A stretch of 64,000 nucleotides of DNA from Simkaniaceae bacterium (lineage in GTDB: Bacteria; Chlamydiota; Chlamydiia; Chlamydiales; JACRBE01), in the NCBI GenBank assembly GCA_022763045.1, contig JALEGI010000007.1:64555-128554 (forward strand), read 5' to 3'. This document shows, one piece after another, positions 26,786 through 35,945 of this stretch (position 1 is the first letter of the stretch; each line of letters starts with the position of its first letter). Under the pieces are notes generated by a model. The model was not told the DNA's origin, did no database searches, and was given only the letters and a program-made list of their open reading frames with translations. Both the position numbers and the translations under genes were made by a program.

Positions 26786-28397
26786 GATATTGGCGGCCTA
26801 CGCCAAAGGACTTTTTCGTGATGCGTAGAGCAGGCGGCCCTTGCCGGCGCTTATACTCAGCCGCGTGGATTTTGCGTACAAGATTCATCACGAGCTCAAG
26901 GGGGATTTCGCTCTCTTGAGCGATCTCCTTGATCGACTGATAGTTTTCAACATATCCCTGCAAAACGGCATCGACAATACCGTATTCTGGAAGAGAGTCG
27001 AGATCTTTTTGGTTGGGGCGCAGCTCAGCTGATGGTGGCTTGTCGATGATGTTTTGTGGGATAATCTCTTTTTTCTGATTAAGCCAGCGGCACATATCGT
27101 ATACAGTCGTCTTTTTCACATCGGCAATCACACCAAGACCTCCTGCCATGTCTCCATAAAGCGTGCAGTAGCCAAGCGCAAGCTCGGACTTGTTTCCCGT
27201 GGAGAGGACGAGGTGGCCGAATTTATTTGAAAAGGCCATGAGGATATTGCCTCGAATGCGCGCTTGAAGATTCTCTTCAGTTACATCATCTGGCATATTT
27301 TTAAAATAGGGCGAGAGCGTCTCATTGTAGCTCTTAAACTCGTTTTCAATTGGAATAATTTTCAGCTCAATACCAAGATTTTCCGCCAGCTGCTTAGCGT
27401 CATCGACTGAGGCCTTCGAAGAGTAGGGCGAGGGCATGGAAACGCCAATGACATTTTCAGGTCCAAGCGCCTCTGCGGCAATTGCTGCAACGAGTGCTGA
27501 ATCGATTCCTCCAGAGAGGCCAAAAATCGCTTTGCTAAATCCCGATTTGCGGCAGTAGTCTGCAACGCCGAGTTTGAGCGCCTCAAACAGGTCTTTCTCC
27601 TGACAATACTCAAAGGGTACTGGACATGCTGGCGCATCAGTGTCAATTGTCATGAGATCCTCTTTGAAGCCCTTGCCAAGCTGACGCAGGTTCCCCTTTT
27701 CATCGACGCACACGGAATAGCCATCAAAGATAATCTGATCATCGGCTCCCACCTGACAGCAGAGCAAGACGGGACAGCCAAGGGTTTGCGCCGCTTTGCG
27801 GCACACCTTCACGCGGATGTGGGGTTTTTGATACTGGTAGGGCGATGCGGTGAGGTTAACAAGGAGATCGGGCTCGTGCTCAACAAGCGCTTTGATCGGA
27901 TCTTCAGCATAGCGCACATCTGTGACATAGCCGGCATTTTGCCAAATATCTTCGCATATGACGCACCCAATTTTTTTCCCAAACATCTCCCACGTGCGCG
28001 TCTTGTAGCCTGCGGAGAAGTAGCGCCGCTCATTGAAAACATCGTAGTTAGGAAGGAGCCACTTGTCTTGAAACCCAAGGAGATTGCCATCGTAAATAAC
28101 TGCTGCAGAGTTGAGCAGGTGCTTTTCTCCCTTATCGAAATTGCGCCTTGGAAGGCCGACAAAGACACCTAGACCAGATGAGGCTTTGATAATTTGCTCG
28201 AGATGCTGCTCGATAGAATCAATAAAGCTTTCGTGAAAAACGAGATCCTCAGGGGGATAGCCACAAATGGTGAGCTCAGGAAACAACACGATCTGTGTGC
28301 GCCGCTCCCGGGCAATGTCGAGCGTTTCAATAATTTTTCGGGTATTCCCATCGAGATCGCCTATGATGGGATTGAGTTGGGCCATTAATATTCTCAT
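26763..28397 (-). CDS. nadE: Glutamine-dependent NAD+ synthetase (N-terminal nitrilase/CN-hydrolase domain plus NAD synthetase domain)
   Basis: MRILMAQLNPIIGDLDGN...VLFPELTICGYPPEDL (CN hydrolase), the PP-loop FGLSGGIDSALVA, and KSELALGY...GDMAGG. Confidence 0.9.
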   Translation of the reverse strand: MRILMAQLNPIIGDLDGNTRKIIETLDIARERRTQIVLFPELTICGYPPEDLVFHESFIDSIEQHLEQIIKASSGLGVFVGLPRRNFDKGEKHLLNSAAVIYDGNLLGFQDKWLLPNYDVFNERRYFSAGYKTRTWEMFGKKIGCVICEDIWQNAGYVTDVRYAEDPIKALVEHEPDLLVNLTASPYQYQKPHIRVKVCRKAAQTLGCPVLLCCQVGADDQIIFDGYSVCVDEKGNLRQLGKGFKEDLMTIDTDAPACPVPFEYCQEKDLFEALKLGVADYCRKSGFSKAIFGLSGGIDSALVAAIAAEALGPENVIGVSMPSPYSSKASVDDAKQLAENLGIELKIIPIENEFKSYNETLSPYFKNMPDDVTEENLQARIRGNILMAFSNKFGHLVLSTGNKSELALGYCTLYGDMAGGLGVIADVKKTTVYDMCRWLNQKKEIIPQNIIDKPPSAELRPNQKDLDSLPEYGIVDAVLQGYVENYQSIKEIAQESEIPLELVMNLVRKIHAAEYKRRQGPPALRITKKSFGVGRQYPIVQGWL

Positions 28398-28411
28398 AGC
28401 TTCACTATAGT

Positions 28412-29665
28412 TTAATTGCCAAAGTCGTCAAGGATAATACTTTCCGGCGGAACGCCGTAATCATCGAGGAGCTTCATCACCGAAGAGTTGTGTAGTGGTG
28501 GACCGCAAACGTAATAGAGACAATTTTCTGGCTCCTCCATCTGATTGAGCTGCCCTGCTTGAAAGGCTTTAAACAAAAAGCCTGTTTGCGTTGGGTCATC
28601 AGTGGGCCACTCATCTTCAGGCTGCGGCTCTGAGAGCACAAGGCGGTAGGTGAAATTTTCATGCTCGGCATCGAGCTTGCGCATATCCTCTTCGTAGATA
28701 TTTTCCTTAAGCGAGCGCGCGCCATACCAAAGAGTCACCTTCCGCTGCGTCTTCTTCCCATGAAAAAGATCCAAAATGTGGCTGCGACCGAAAGATGATC
28801 CAGCTCCGCCGATGAGGAAAATAAGTTCGCGCTCATCATCGATCATGTGTGATTCACCAAAAGGGCCCGAGAGCTTTATTTTATCACCTGGCTTGAGACC
28901 AAATGTATACGAGGAGCAAATTCCCCACGGCACACGTGGATTTGGGGGCGTTGCAATGCGAATATTAAACTTGAGCGTCTTTCCCTCAAGTGGATAGGAG
29001 GCCATCGAGTAGGCACGAATTACCTCATCGTCAATATGAGTGAAATCGATTTCAGTGTCGAAAAGTTTGAAGCGCTCCCAATCGTGGTAGTACTTCTCGT
29101 CCATCGTCGCCTTCCAATCGCTTGTATTGGTCTTATAACCAGGAACGTGTACCTGTAGATAGTCGCCAGGGCGGTAGTCGATCTCCTCAGGCACTTCAAC
29201 AATGAGCTCTTTGATAAATGTTGCGACGTTGTCATTGCTAATCACCTTCGCCTCAAAATCACGCAGCGTTAACATCGCCTCAGGGAGCTTCAAGTGAAGA
29301 GGCTCTTTTACCTTACATTGGCAAGAGAGGCGCCACCCCTCCTTTAATTGCTTTGGGGAAAAAGTTGCGCGATCGGTCTCTAAAATATCACCTCCCCCCT
29401 TTACAACTTGCACCTTGCACTGCTTGCAAGTTGCCTTGCCTCCACATGGGGAGGGAATTGCAATTCCCTCTTGGGCAAGTGTCTCTAAGAGAGTACGCCC
29501 ACCAGATACCGTTTTTGTAAGGGAGCTATCATCATTAATGGCAATTTCTACGGGAGCCGTAGAAACAAGGTGGGACTTTGCCCAAAGAATAATCAGTGAG
29601 AGTGCAAGGCCAATAATGACAAAGGCAACACATGCAAAAATCGCAAGAACAATATCCATAGTCAA
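28412..29665 (-). CDS. nqrF: Na+-translocating NADH:quinone oxidoreductase subunit F
   Basis: N-terminal TM helix, the 2Fe-2S ferredoxin motif PSPCGGKATCKQCKV...LSCQ, the FAD-binding RAYSMASYP, and the NAD-binding FLIGGAGSSFGRSH. Confidence 0.9.
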   Translation of the reverse strand: MTMDIVLAIFACVAFVIIGLALSLIILWAKSHLVSTAPVEIAINDDSSLTKTVSGGRTLLETLAQEGIAIPSPCGGKATCKQCKVQVVKGGGDILETDRATFSPKQLKEGWRLSCQCKVKEPLHLKLPEAMLTLRDFEAKVISNDNVATFIKELIVEVPEEIDYRPGDYLQVHVPGYKTNTSDWKATMDEKYYHDWERFKLFDTEIDFTHIDDEVIRAYSMASYPLEGKTLKFNIRIATPPNPRVPWGICSSYTFGLKPGDKIKLSGPFGESHMIDDERELIFLIGGAGSSFGRSHILDLFHGKKTQRKVTLWYGARSLKENIYEEDMRKLDAEHENFTYRLVLSEPQPEDEWPTDDPTQTGFLFKAFQAGQLNQMEEPENCLYYVCGPPLHNSSVMKLLDDYGVPPESIILDDFGN

Positions 29666-29709
29666 TTTAGCCTATAGCAAACTGGCTATTTTTTCAAAAA
29701 AATCTACGA

Positions 29710-30717
29710 TTAAATCGAAGGAAAATAAGGATAAACTTGGTCAATAAAACTAGTATCAGCCGTTTCGATGAGAGATCGAATTATATCTTCTAAGGACGTC
29801 CCAGCTTCGGCTGGCACTGGACTTGCAGCGACTCCTGCTCCTGCCATCGTAGAGGGTGGCGCTCTATGATTATTATGCGATATTTCTGTTGTTTTAGGAA
29901 AATCACCTGCTAAGTGAGTATATCCGTTTTCTTCTAGCCATGTTCTAAAATGCCCATTTAGAACAAAGCGAGATAAATCTGGAATATAGGATATCGGCAC
30001 TTCTCTTAAAATTCGAGATTCAGAAACTTTTTCAATGAACTGTCTGAAAGAGTGTTCCTTTATTAGATCAATGTGTGCCACCATCAACTCTAAAAGTTGT
30101 GTTTTTTGATCTTTCTCTAATGTACGCAAGACTATGCAGTATTTAGAAATCTCTTTCCATCGATAAAGAACCCGTCGATAGGATATCCCAAGCCGTTTTG
30201 CTATCGCTTTCTTAGTCTCCCCAAGATCTATAGAGTTTGCTAATGAGGCGTCCTTTTCATATGTCCAATAACTAGTTTTTGCAACAGGTGGGTGCTCTCT
30301 TTGGTAAGCAGCTATTTTCTGACTTTGAACAATTAGCTTAAGAACTGCAGGTGTGAACGCATTGCCTTTGGCATCTGCAAGGCCATTGTCATCTACCACC
30401 TTCTTGAATACTAGGTACTCTGGTTTCCTGCGATTTGTCATATATGTTAAAAATAGCCCATACACTTTTTCTGCTGTTTTACACTCGACTAGACTGTTAT
30501 AAAAATTATTTTTATACCACGTTTGCCAGCGAGCATGTATTACAACACCAACATGAGCGAGTGTGGCTCTTCCTTCATTGTAGGATGTAATTATATCAGA
30601 TTCAAGGGGTCCACCGACTCTGCTCTGGACAATTCCTAGTAAATCTTTAAATTTTGGCGGTTTGTCTTGATTGATAATTGGATCTAATATTTCACCCGGA
30701 ATATCACCTATTCTCAT
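29710..30717 (-). CDS. Hypothetical protein with a central helix-turn-helix-like segment; low-GC orphan
   Basis: Long ORF in a stretch of about 35% GC. ETKKAIAKRLGISYRRVLYRWKE resembles an HTH. No other recognisable domain. I chose the ATG at 30717 (the tracked TTG is at 30738). Confidence 0.5.
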   Translation of the reverse strand: MRIGDIPGEILDPIINQDKPPKFKDLLGIVQSRVGGPLESDIITSYNEGRATLAHVGVVIHARWQTWYKNNFYNSLVECKTAEKVYGLFLTYMTNRRKPEYLVFKKVVDDNGLADAKGNAFTPAVLKLIVQSQKIAAYQREHPPVAKTSYWTYEKDASLANSIDLGETKKAIAKRLGISYRRVLYRWKEISKYCIVLRTLEKDQKTQLLELMVAHIDLIKEHSFRQFIEKVSESRILREVPISYIPDLSRFVLNGHFRTWLEENGYTHLAGDFPKTTEISHNNHRAPPSTMAGAGVAASPVPAEAGTSLEDIIRSLIETADTSFIDQVYPYFPSI

Positions 30718-30800
30718 AATTCCCTCAGTTTTGGCCAAAAAGAATAGTTAAGAGAAGAGTAAAAAACAAACGAATAGATTTTTATAATTAGTAAGCGCTA

Positions 30801-32534
30801 TTAATCTTCTAATCTACTAAACCAGGCAACTACAATTTCACGTAGCTGAGCCTCATCGAGAGTGAAACGCCCCCCATCAAAGCCCTCACCTTCATGAATA
30901 ATCCCTTTTTCTTTGAGAAAGACAATCGCTTTTGAAAGGGTATAGATATCTGAAATTCTCTTGACATCGCTGATGGGCAGAATATTAGAGAGATCTCTTT
31001 TAGTATACGAGCCAACTTCCTCGGGCTTAAGTGTATTAATATTGAATTGAATTTTTCCCTGCAGATCGGGAATTGGCTCTGCACGCCGCATTGGTGAAAA
31101 CTCTTGGGTAAACTGCCTGTAGAGCTTGAGGTCAAACAGATTGCGAAACTCCTTGAAGGTTAACTTAAAGCTACCATTACTATCAAAGAGCTCAACAGGG
31201 TCCACATAATCTCGCTGCAATGCAATCCCTATTAGAGTCCCAATGTTTTCATACCCCTGATCGTCCAATTGATTTGCATCTGTTAAGGTGGGAGGGAATA
31301 ACTCCATAAGTCGCGCGGGAGTGAGCTCCTCATGACTATCTGCAGTGGAAAGCATAACGTGATTCATTTTATTTATAAAAAGACTCACTTTTTTATCAGC
31401 AGGAGGTGAAGTTTGCTCCAGACTTGCACACCAACCAGACCAGCTCCCTTTTATTTCGTCTAGTGAGAGTTTAAATTGCCCTCCCTCTCCGAAAATTTGC
31501 TCACGGGCAATCACACCCTTGCTGAGCAGATAGGAAAAGCCTTGAGCGAGTCGGGTCAACTTCGCATCGTCAAGTTGGGATTCTTCTGTGTCAGGCCTAA
31601 TCATTGCCCCTAGCTCCCTTTCGATTCCGGGAGGTGGCGGCGCGCTGACTTGTAAAAGTGCATCGAGCTTATACCCCATTTGAGTAGAAAAGGGAAGGGT
31701 GCGCCGCTCAGGCGGTCGATAGGAACTTGTGCGCATGTGAGGTGGCACTCTTTTCTCTCTAAAGGCTCCGGCTGATTTATTTGCTGTGCCACGAAGATGA
31801 GGGGGAACTCCGCGAGTCACGGCAGGCATCGGCGGTGGGGCGTCTGGAAGCGAGAGCACTGGCGGGGTGACTGGAAGCGGTTGCAATCGCACGCGGGCAC
31901 CAAGGCCCGAGGTATCAAGAGCTTTCAATCGCAGGCGCGCTGCGAATCCACCTCCAGGCAAAGAGCGCGCTCCCTCTGGACTATTTCCTCCATCTGCCCC
32001 CTCAGGGCTTTCAGGAGCTTGTCCACTAGCGTTTAAAAAGTATTCGATCTTTTCATAAGCAGCCTTTGTATTTGTGACGCCAGGGTAGTCACTTGTACAT
32101 GGGTGATTTGCAGAAAAGTCGGTATGCAAAACCTCTTCTTGCTCCTCTTGAGCAAATACCGCTCCCCCTTTGTCAAACTCAAGAGGCGTGTGCTCAACAG
32201 AATTGCCGTACGATTTTGTAATCTCTTTGGACAGATCGCCCACATGATGGAGAACCTGCTTGCCATCAACATTGCGGCTAAGCACCTCATCTGCCAGCTC
32301 TTGCGAGACGCTCTCCTCCGGCGGACCGACGCGATAGATCTCCATTTCTAGCTGATAGCGTTTACCATTAATCTCTACGAAACCAAGTGGCGTTGTATTT
32401 GCAGGTTCGACGTGAGAGGCTCTTGGCATTGAAGTGAGCGCAACTGCCTGAGAGCGAGCAGATTCCGAGGAGTAGGGCGAACCTCCTGGGCCTGAAGCGG
32501 GAGATGATTGTCCTGAAGGTAATGAAGGTTCCAT
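30801..32534 (-). CDS. Hypothetical proline-rich protein with three C-terminal repeats of about 45 aa (effector-like)
   Basis: S/P/G-rich N-terminus; PLPVTPPVLSLPDAPPPMPAVTRGVPPHLR...RVPPHMR...APPPPG; and three repeats (...GVIAREQIFGEGGQFKLSLDEIKGSW / ...DYVDPVELFDSNGSFKLTFKEFRNLF / ...KGIIHEGEGFDGGRFTLDEAQLREIV). Confidence 0.6.
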   Translation of the reverse strand: MEPSLPSGQSSPASGPGGSPYSSESARSQAVALTSMPRASHVEPANTTPLGFVEINGKRYQLEMEIYRVGPPEESVSQELADEVLSRNVDGKQVLHHVGDLSKEITKSYGNSVEHTPLEFDKGGAVFAQEEQEEVLHTDFSANHPCTSDYPGVTNTKAAYEKIEYFLNASGQAPESPEGADGGNSPEGARSLPGGGFAARLRLKALDTSGLGARVRLQPLPVTPPVLSLPDAPPPMPAVTRGVPPHLRGTANKSAGAFREKRVPPHMRTSSYRPPERRTLPFSTQMGYKLDALLQVSAPPPPGIERELGAMIRPDTEESQLDDAKLTRLAQGFSYLLSKGVIAREQIFGEGGQFKLSLDEIKGSWSGWCASLEQTSPPADKKVSLFINKMNHVMLSTADSHEELTPARLMELFPPTLTDANQLDDQGYENIGTLIGIALQRDYVDPVELFDSNGSFKLTFKEFRNLFDLKLYRQFTQEFSPMRRAEPIPDLQGKIQFNINTLKPEEVGSYTKRDLSNILPISDVKRISDIYTLSKAIVFLKEKGIIHEGEGFDGGRFTLDEAQLREIVVAWFSRLED

Positions 32535-32695
32535 AAAGAATACGTTTTTATAAAATCAGTTAATTCTATTTTATTTAATATAATATTTTTTAATTATTTC
32601 ATAGTTAAAACAGAATGACAACAACCAACAAGCCCTATTACTCCTTTACACAGAAAAGTCTTTTCTATATAATTCGCCGGAAAAAGGATTTCACC

Positions 32696-34078
32696 ATGGC
32701 AGTTCAGAGAGAGCATTGGGCAAGTCGTCTTGGATTTATTATGGCAGCGGCCGGATCGGCCATCGGCCTCGGGAGCTTTTGGCGCTTCCCCTACGTCGTT
32801 GGACAAAACGGTGGCGGGGCGTTTGTTATCTGCTACATTTTGTTCACCATTATCATCGGGATTCCGGTCTTCTGTGCTGAGCTTGGCATCGGTCGCTATG
32901 CGCAAAAAGGGGCGATCCGCACCTATGAGAGCTTAACCAGCCCCGAATCAAATTGGAAGATGCTCGGTTGGCTCAATGTGATTACCTGCTTCATTATTTT
33001 AGGCTACTATAGCTACATTTCAGGTTGGTGCTTGAGCTACGTCTTGAGCTCAATCACCCAATTTGCAGCAAATAAAACCCCCGATCAGATTAAAGGGGTC
33101 TTCGATGTGCTTGCCACCTCCCCCTCTGTGATGATCTTCTGGCTCATCATGTTTATTTTGCTCAATATCGGTGTTGTTCATAGCGGCGTGCGCAAGGGGA
33201 TCGAGCACTGGTCGCGCATTTTAATGCCTGGCTTTTTTGTCATTTTGATTTTGCTCTTCTGCTATAGCTTGACCCTCTCTGGGTTTAAAGAGGCCGTTTA
33301 CTTCACCTTCTACCCCGACTGGGCAAAGCTTACGCCGCAGGCCATTTTAAATGCGCTTGGCATGGCATTTTTCACCCTCAGCGTCGGCATTGGTATCATT
33401 TTGACCTATGGTAGCTACATGAAGTCTGACCAAGACATTCCTAAGATGGGCTTCACAGTCGCTGGAATGACGATGATTGTCTCGTTTTTGGCAGCTCTCA
33501 CAATTTTCCCCATTGTCTTTACCTACAACTTCCCCGCTCAAGGAGGTCCTGGGCTTCTTTTCAAAACGATGCCTGTGCTTTTCCAACACTTGCCGGGATC
33601 ACTTGTGATTTCAACGGCCTTTTTTGCTCTACTTCTTTTCGCAGCTCTCACCTCGACAATCTCCCTCTTTGAGGTGCTTGTTTCGAACTTGATTGAGATC
33701 TTTGGAATTGCAAGAAAGCGCGCGACAATCATTACGGGTGGCTTTGCCTTTATTATCGGCGGCGCCTGCGCTCTTTCTGCAGGTGGCATCCTCTTCCCCA
33801 ATTGGGAGGTAATCTATGGTAAGGACTTTTTCCTCACCCTCGATTATCTCTGCGTCGGTTGGCTCATGCCAATTGGCGGACTTTTAACGACAATCTTTGT
33901 GGGTTGGATTCTCGACAAAAACATCTTCAAAACAGAGTTTTTAAAGGGCACAAAAATGCCCTGGCTCTACCACATTGTATTCTTTTCAATTAAATTCCTC
34001 GCGCCACTTGTTGTGATCATTATCATCTTGCAAGAGGCGGGAATCATCGATGTAACTGCTTTAATTCATGGAGGCTAA
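32696..34078 (+). CDS. Sodium-dependent transporter, neurotransmitter:sodium symporter (SNF/NSS) family
   Basis: MAVQREHWASRLGFIMAAAGSAIGLGSFWRFPY is the NSS TM1 signature (W.SR.GF.LA..G.A.GLGN.WRFPY). About 11-12 hydrophobic segments. The ATG at 32696 is preceded by AAGGA. Confidence 0.85.
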   Translation: MAVQREHWASRLGFIMAAAGSAIGLGSFWRFPYVVGQNGGGAFVICYILFTIIIGIPVFCAELGIGRYAQKGAIRTYESLTSPESNWKMLGWLNVITCFIILGYYSYISGWCLSYVLSSITQFAANKTPDQIKGVFDVLATSPSVMIFWLIMFILLNIGVVHSGVRKGIEHWSRILMPGFFVILILLFCYSLTLSGFKEAVYFTFYPDWAKLTPQAILNALGMAFFTLSVGIGIILTYGSYMKSDQDIPKMGFTVAGMTMIVSFLAALTIFPIVFTYNFPAQGGPGLLFKTMPVLFQHLPGSLVISTAFFALLLFAALTSTISLFEVLVSNLIEIFGIARKRATIITGGFAFIIGGACALSAGGILFPNWEVIYGKDFFLTLDYLCVGWLMPIGGLLTTIFVGWILDKNIFKTEFLKGTKMPWLYHIVFFSIKFLAPLVVIIIILQEAGIIDVTALIHGG

Positions 34079-34080
34079 AC

Positions 34081-35871
34081 TTGGCTAAAGGCAAACTCAA
34101 AATTCACAGTCAGAACATTCTTCCGATTATCAAAAAGTCGCTCTATTCGGATAAAGACATCTTCATTCGTGAGCTTGTCTCAAACAGCTGCGATGCGATT
34201 TCGAAATTGAAGGTGCTTCGCGAGCAAGGTGAGGTCGAGTTTGTTGATGAGGATCTCAAGGTCGAGATTACCCTCGATAAAGAGGCCAAAACGCTCACCT
34301 TTGCAGATACCGGCCTTGGCATGGACCACGATGAGGTAACAAATTACATTGCCCAACTCGCCTTCTCTGGCGCCGAAGAGTTCATGAAAAAGTACGAAGG
34401 TGGCAGCGAGATTATCGGCCACTTTGGACTCGGCTTTTACTCAGCTTTTATGGTCTCTGACCAGGTCGATTTAAAAACGCTCTCTTATAAAAAAGAGGCC
34501 AAGCCTGTTGACTGGAGCTCAGACGGTAGCTACGACTACACAATCGATGAGGGGCAAAAGAGCAAACGTGGAACTGAAATTACCCTTCATGTCAATGAAG
34601 AGGAATTTTTAGATGCCCACCGCATCAAAGAGATCCTGCGCAAGTACTGCTCCTATCTGCCCTACCCGATCTTTTTAAACGGAGAGCGCATCAATGACAA
34701 AGAGCCCCTTTGGCTCCGCTCCCCTTCAGAGTGCAAAGACGAAGACTATCTCGCTTTTTTCCGCGCCCTCTACCCAATGGATCCCGACCCGATTTTCTGG
34801 ATTCACCTGAATGTCGACTACCCCTTCAATCTCAAAGGAATCCTCTTCTTCCCAAAAATTACCAAGTCGTTTGACTTCTCCCGCTCGCACATCTCGCTCT
34901 TTTGTAATCGCGTCTTTGTAAGCGATAATTGCAAAGAGCTCTTGCCCGAGCACCTGTTGATTCTACAAGGGGCAATCGATTCCCCCGACATCCCACTGAA
35001 CGTCTCACGCAGCTACCTCCAGATGGACCGCACCGTGCGCTCACTCGGCTCGCACGTCTCAAAAAAGGTCTCTGACCGCCTCCACCAGCTCTACACGACT
35101 GACCGCGAGGCCTACGAAAAGGCGTGGCCCAATATCGAAATGATTATCAAAATGGGCTGCTTGCGCGAGGATAAGTTCTACGACCGCGTCAAAGACCTCC
35201 TTCTTTGGGAGACAACCGATGGCAAGTGGACAAATGCTGAGGATTACCTTGAGCGCAACGACTACAAAAAACACCTCTTCTACACAAATCGTGGAGAGAG
35301 CCACTTCCTCGACCTTTACAAAGAGAAGGGTATCGAAGTACTCATCTCAAATACACCGCTTGACTCTTCCGTCATGAGCCTACTTGAAAGTAAGCTGCCT
35401 GAGACAAAGTTCCAGCGCATCGACGGTGGGATCCCCGATCAGATTCTCGACCCAGACAAAGAGAAGTCTGTACTCGATGCCGATGGCAAGTCAGAGTCGA
35501 CCCTGATTGCCGAATTTGTCAAAAAAGGACTTAACGACGACAAGGTTGAAGTTGAGGCGAAAAGCCTCGCTGGAGAGGGGCTCCCCGCCTTTATCGCAAT
35601 TGATGAGCAGAGCCGCCGCATGCGCGACTACATGTCACTGACCCAACAAGAGCTTCCCAAAGATTTATTTGGCAAGCGCACCTTTGTTGTGAACACCAAC
35701 AGCCCACTCATCTCTGCTGTTTACAAGCTACGTGAAACAAAACCCGAGCTTGCTCAAGAAATGGTTAAGCAAATATTTGACCTATCCCTACTGGGGCAAC
35801 GCGAACTGGGCGGAGATCAAGTAAGCGAATTTATCAAACGCTCAACTAAATTATTTGAAGCATTAATTTAA
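34081..35871 (+). CDS. htpG: Molecular chaperone HtpG (Hsp90 family)
   Basis: LYSDKDIFIRELVSNSCDAISKL, DTGLGM and GHFGLGFYSAFMV are the Hsp90 GHKL ATPase motifs. The tracked ORF starts at a TTG. Confidence 0.9.
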   Translation: MAKGKLKIHSQNILPIIKKSLYSDKDIFIRELVSNSCDAISKLKVLREQGEVEFVDEDLKVEITLDKEAKTLTFADTGLGMDHDEVTNYIAQLAFSGAEEFMKKYEGGSEIIGHFGLGFYSAFMVSDQVDLKTLSYKKEAKPVDWSSDGSYDYTIDEGQKSKRGTEITLHVNEEEFLDAHRIKEILRKYCSYLPYPIFLNGERINDKEPLWLRSPSECKDEDYLAFFRALYPMDPDPIFWIHLNVDYPFNLKGILFFPKITKSFDFSRSHISLFCNRVFVSDNCKELLPEHLLILQGAIDSPDIPLNVSRSYLQMDRTVRSLGSHVSKKVSDRLHQLYTTDREAYEKAWPNIEMIIKMGCLREDKFYDRVKDLLLWETTDGKWTNAEDYLERNDYKKHLFYTNRGESHFLDLYKEKGIEVLISNTPLDSSVMSLLESKLPETKFQRIDGGIPDQILDPDKEKSVLDADGKSESTLIAEFVKKGLNDDKVEVEAKSLAGEGLPAFIAIDEQSRRMRDYMSLTQQELPKDLFGKRTFVVNTNSPLISAVYKLRETKPELAQEMVKQIFDLSLLGQRELGGDQVSEFIKRSTKLFEALI

Positions 35872-35899
35872 ATATTTTTCTGTTGTTGCTGCAAACCAC

Positions 35900-35937
35900 C
35901 CTCCTTAATATACTATTCACAAATAGTTAAGGAGGGA
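35900..35937 (+). promoter_or_regulatory. SD-sequestering hairpin in the 5' leader of 35946-37892
   Basis: ccctccttaa (35900-35909) is the exact complement of ttaaggaggg (35928-35937). The latter contains the AGGAGGG Shine-Dalgarno 8 nt upstream of the ATG at 35946. The loop is 18 nt. Confidence 0.45.
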
Positions 35938-35945
35938 TTAAAAAA

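Noticed and set aside
28412-29665. nqrF standing alone without nqrA-E as an anomaly
   Set aside because: Scattered nqr genes, with nqrF separate from nqrB-E and nqrA, are the known arrangement in Chlamydiae, so this is expected.
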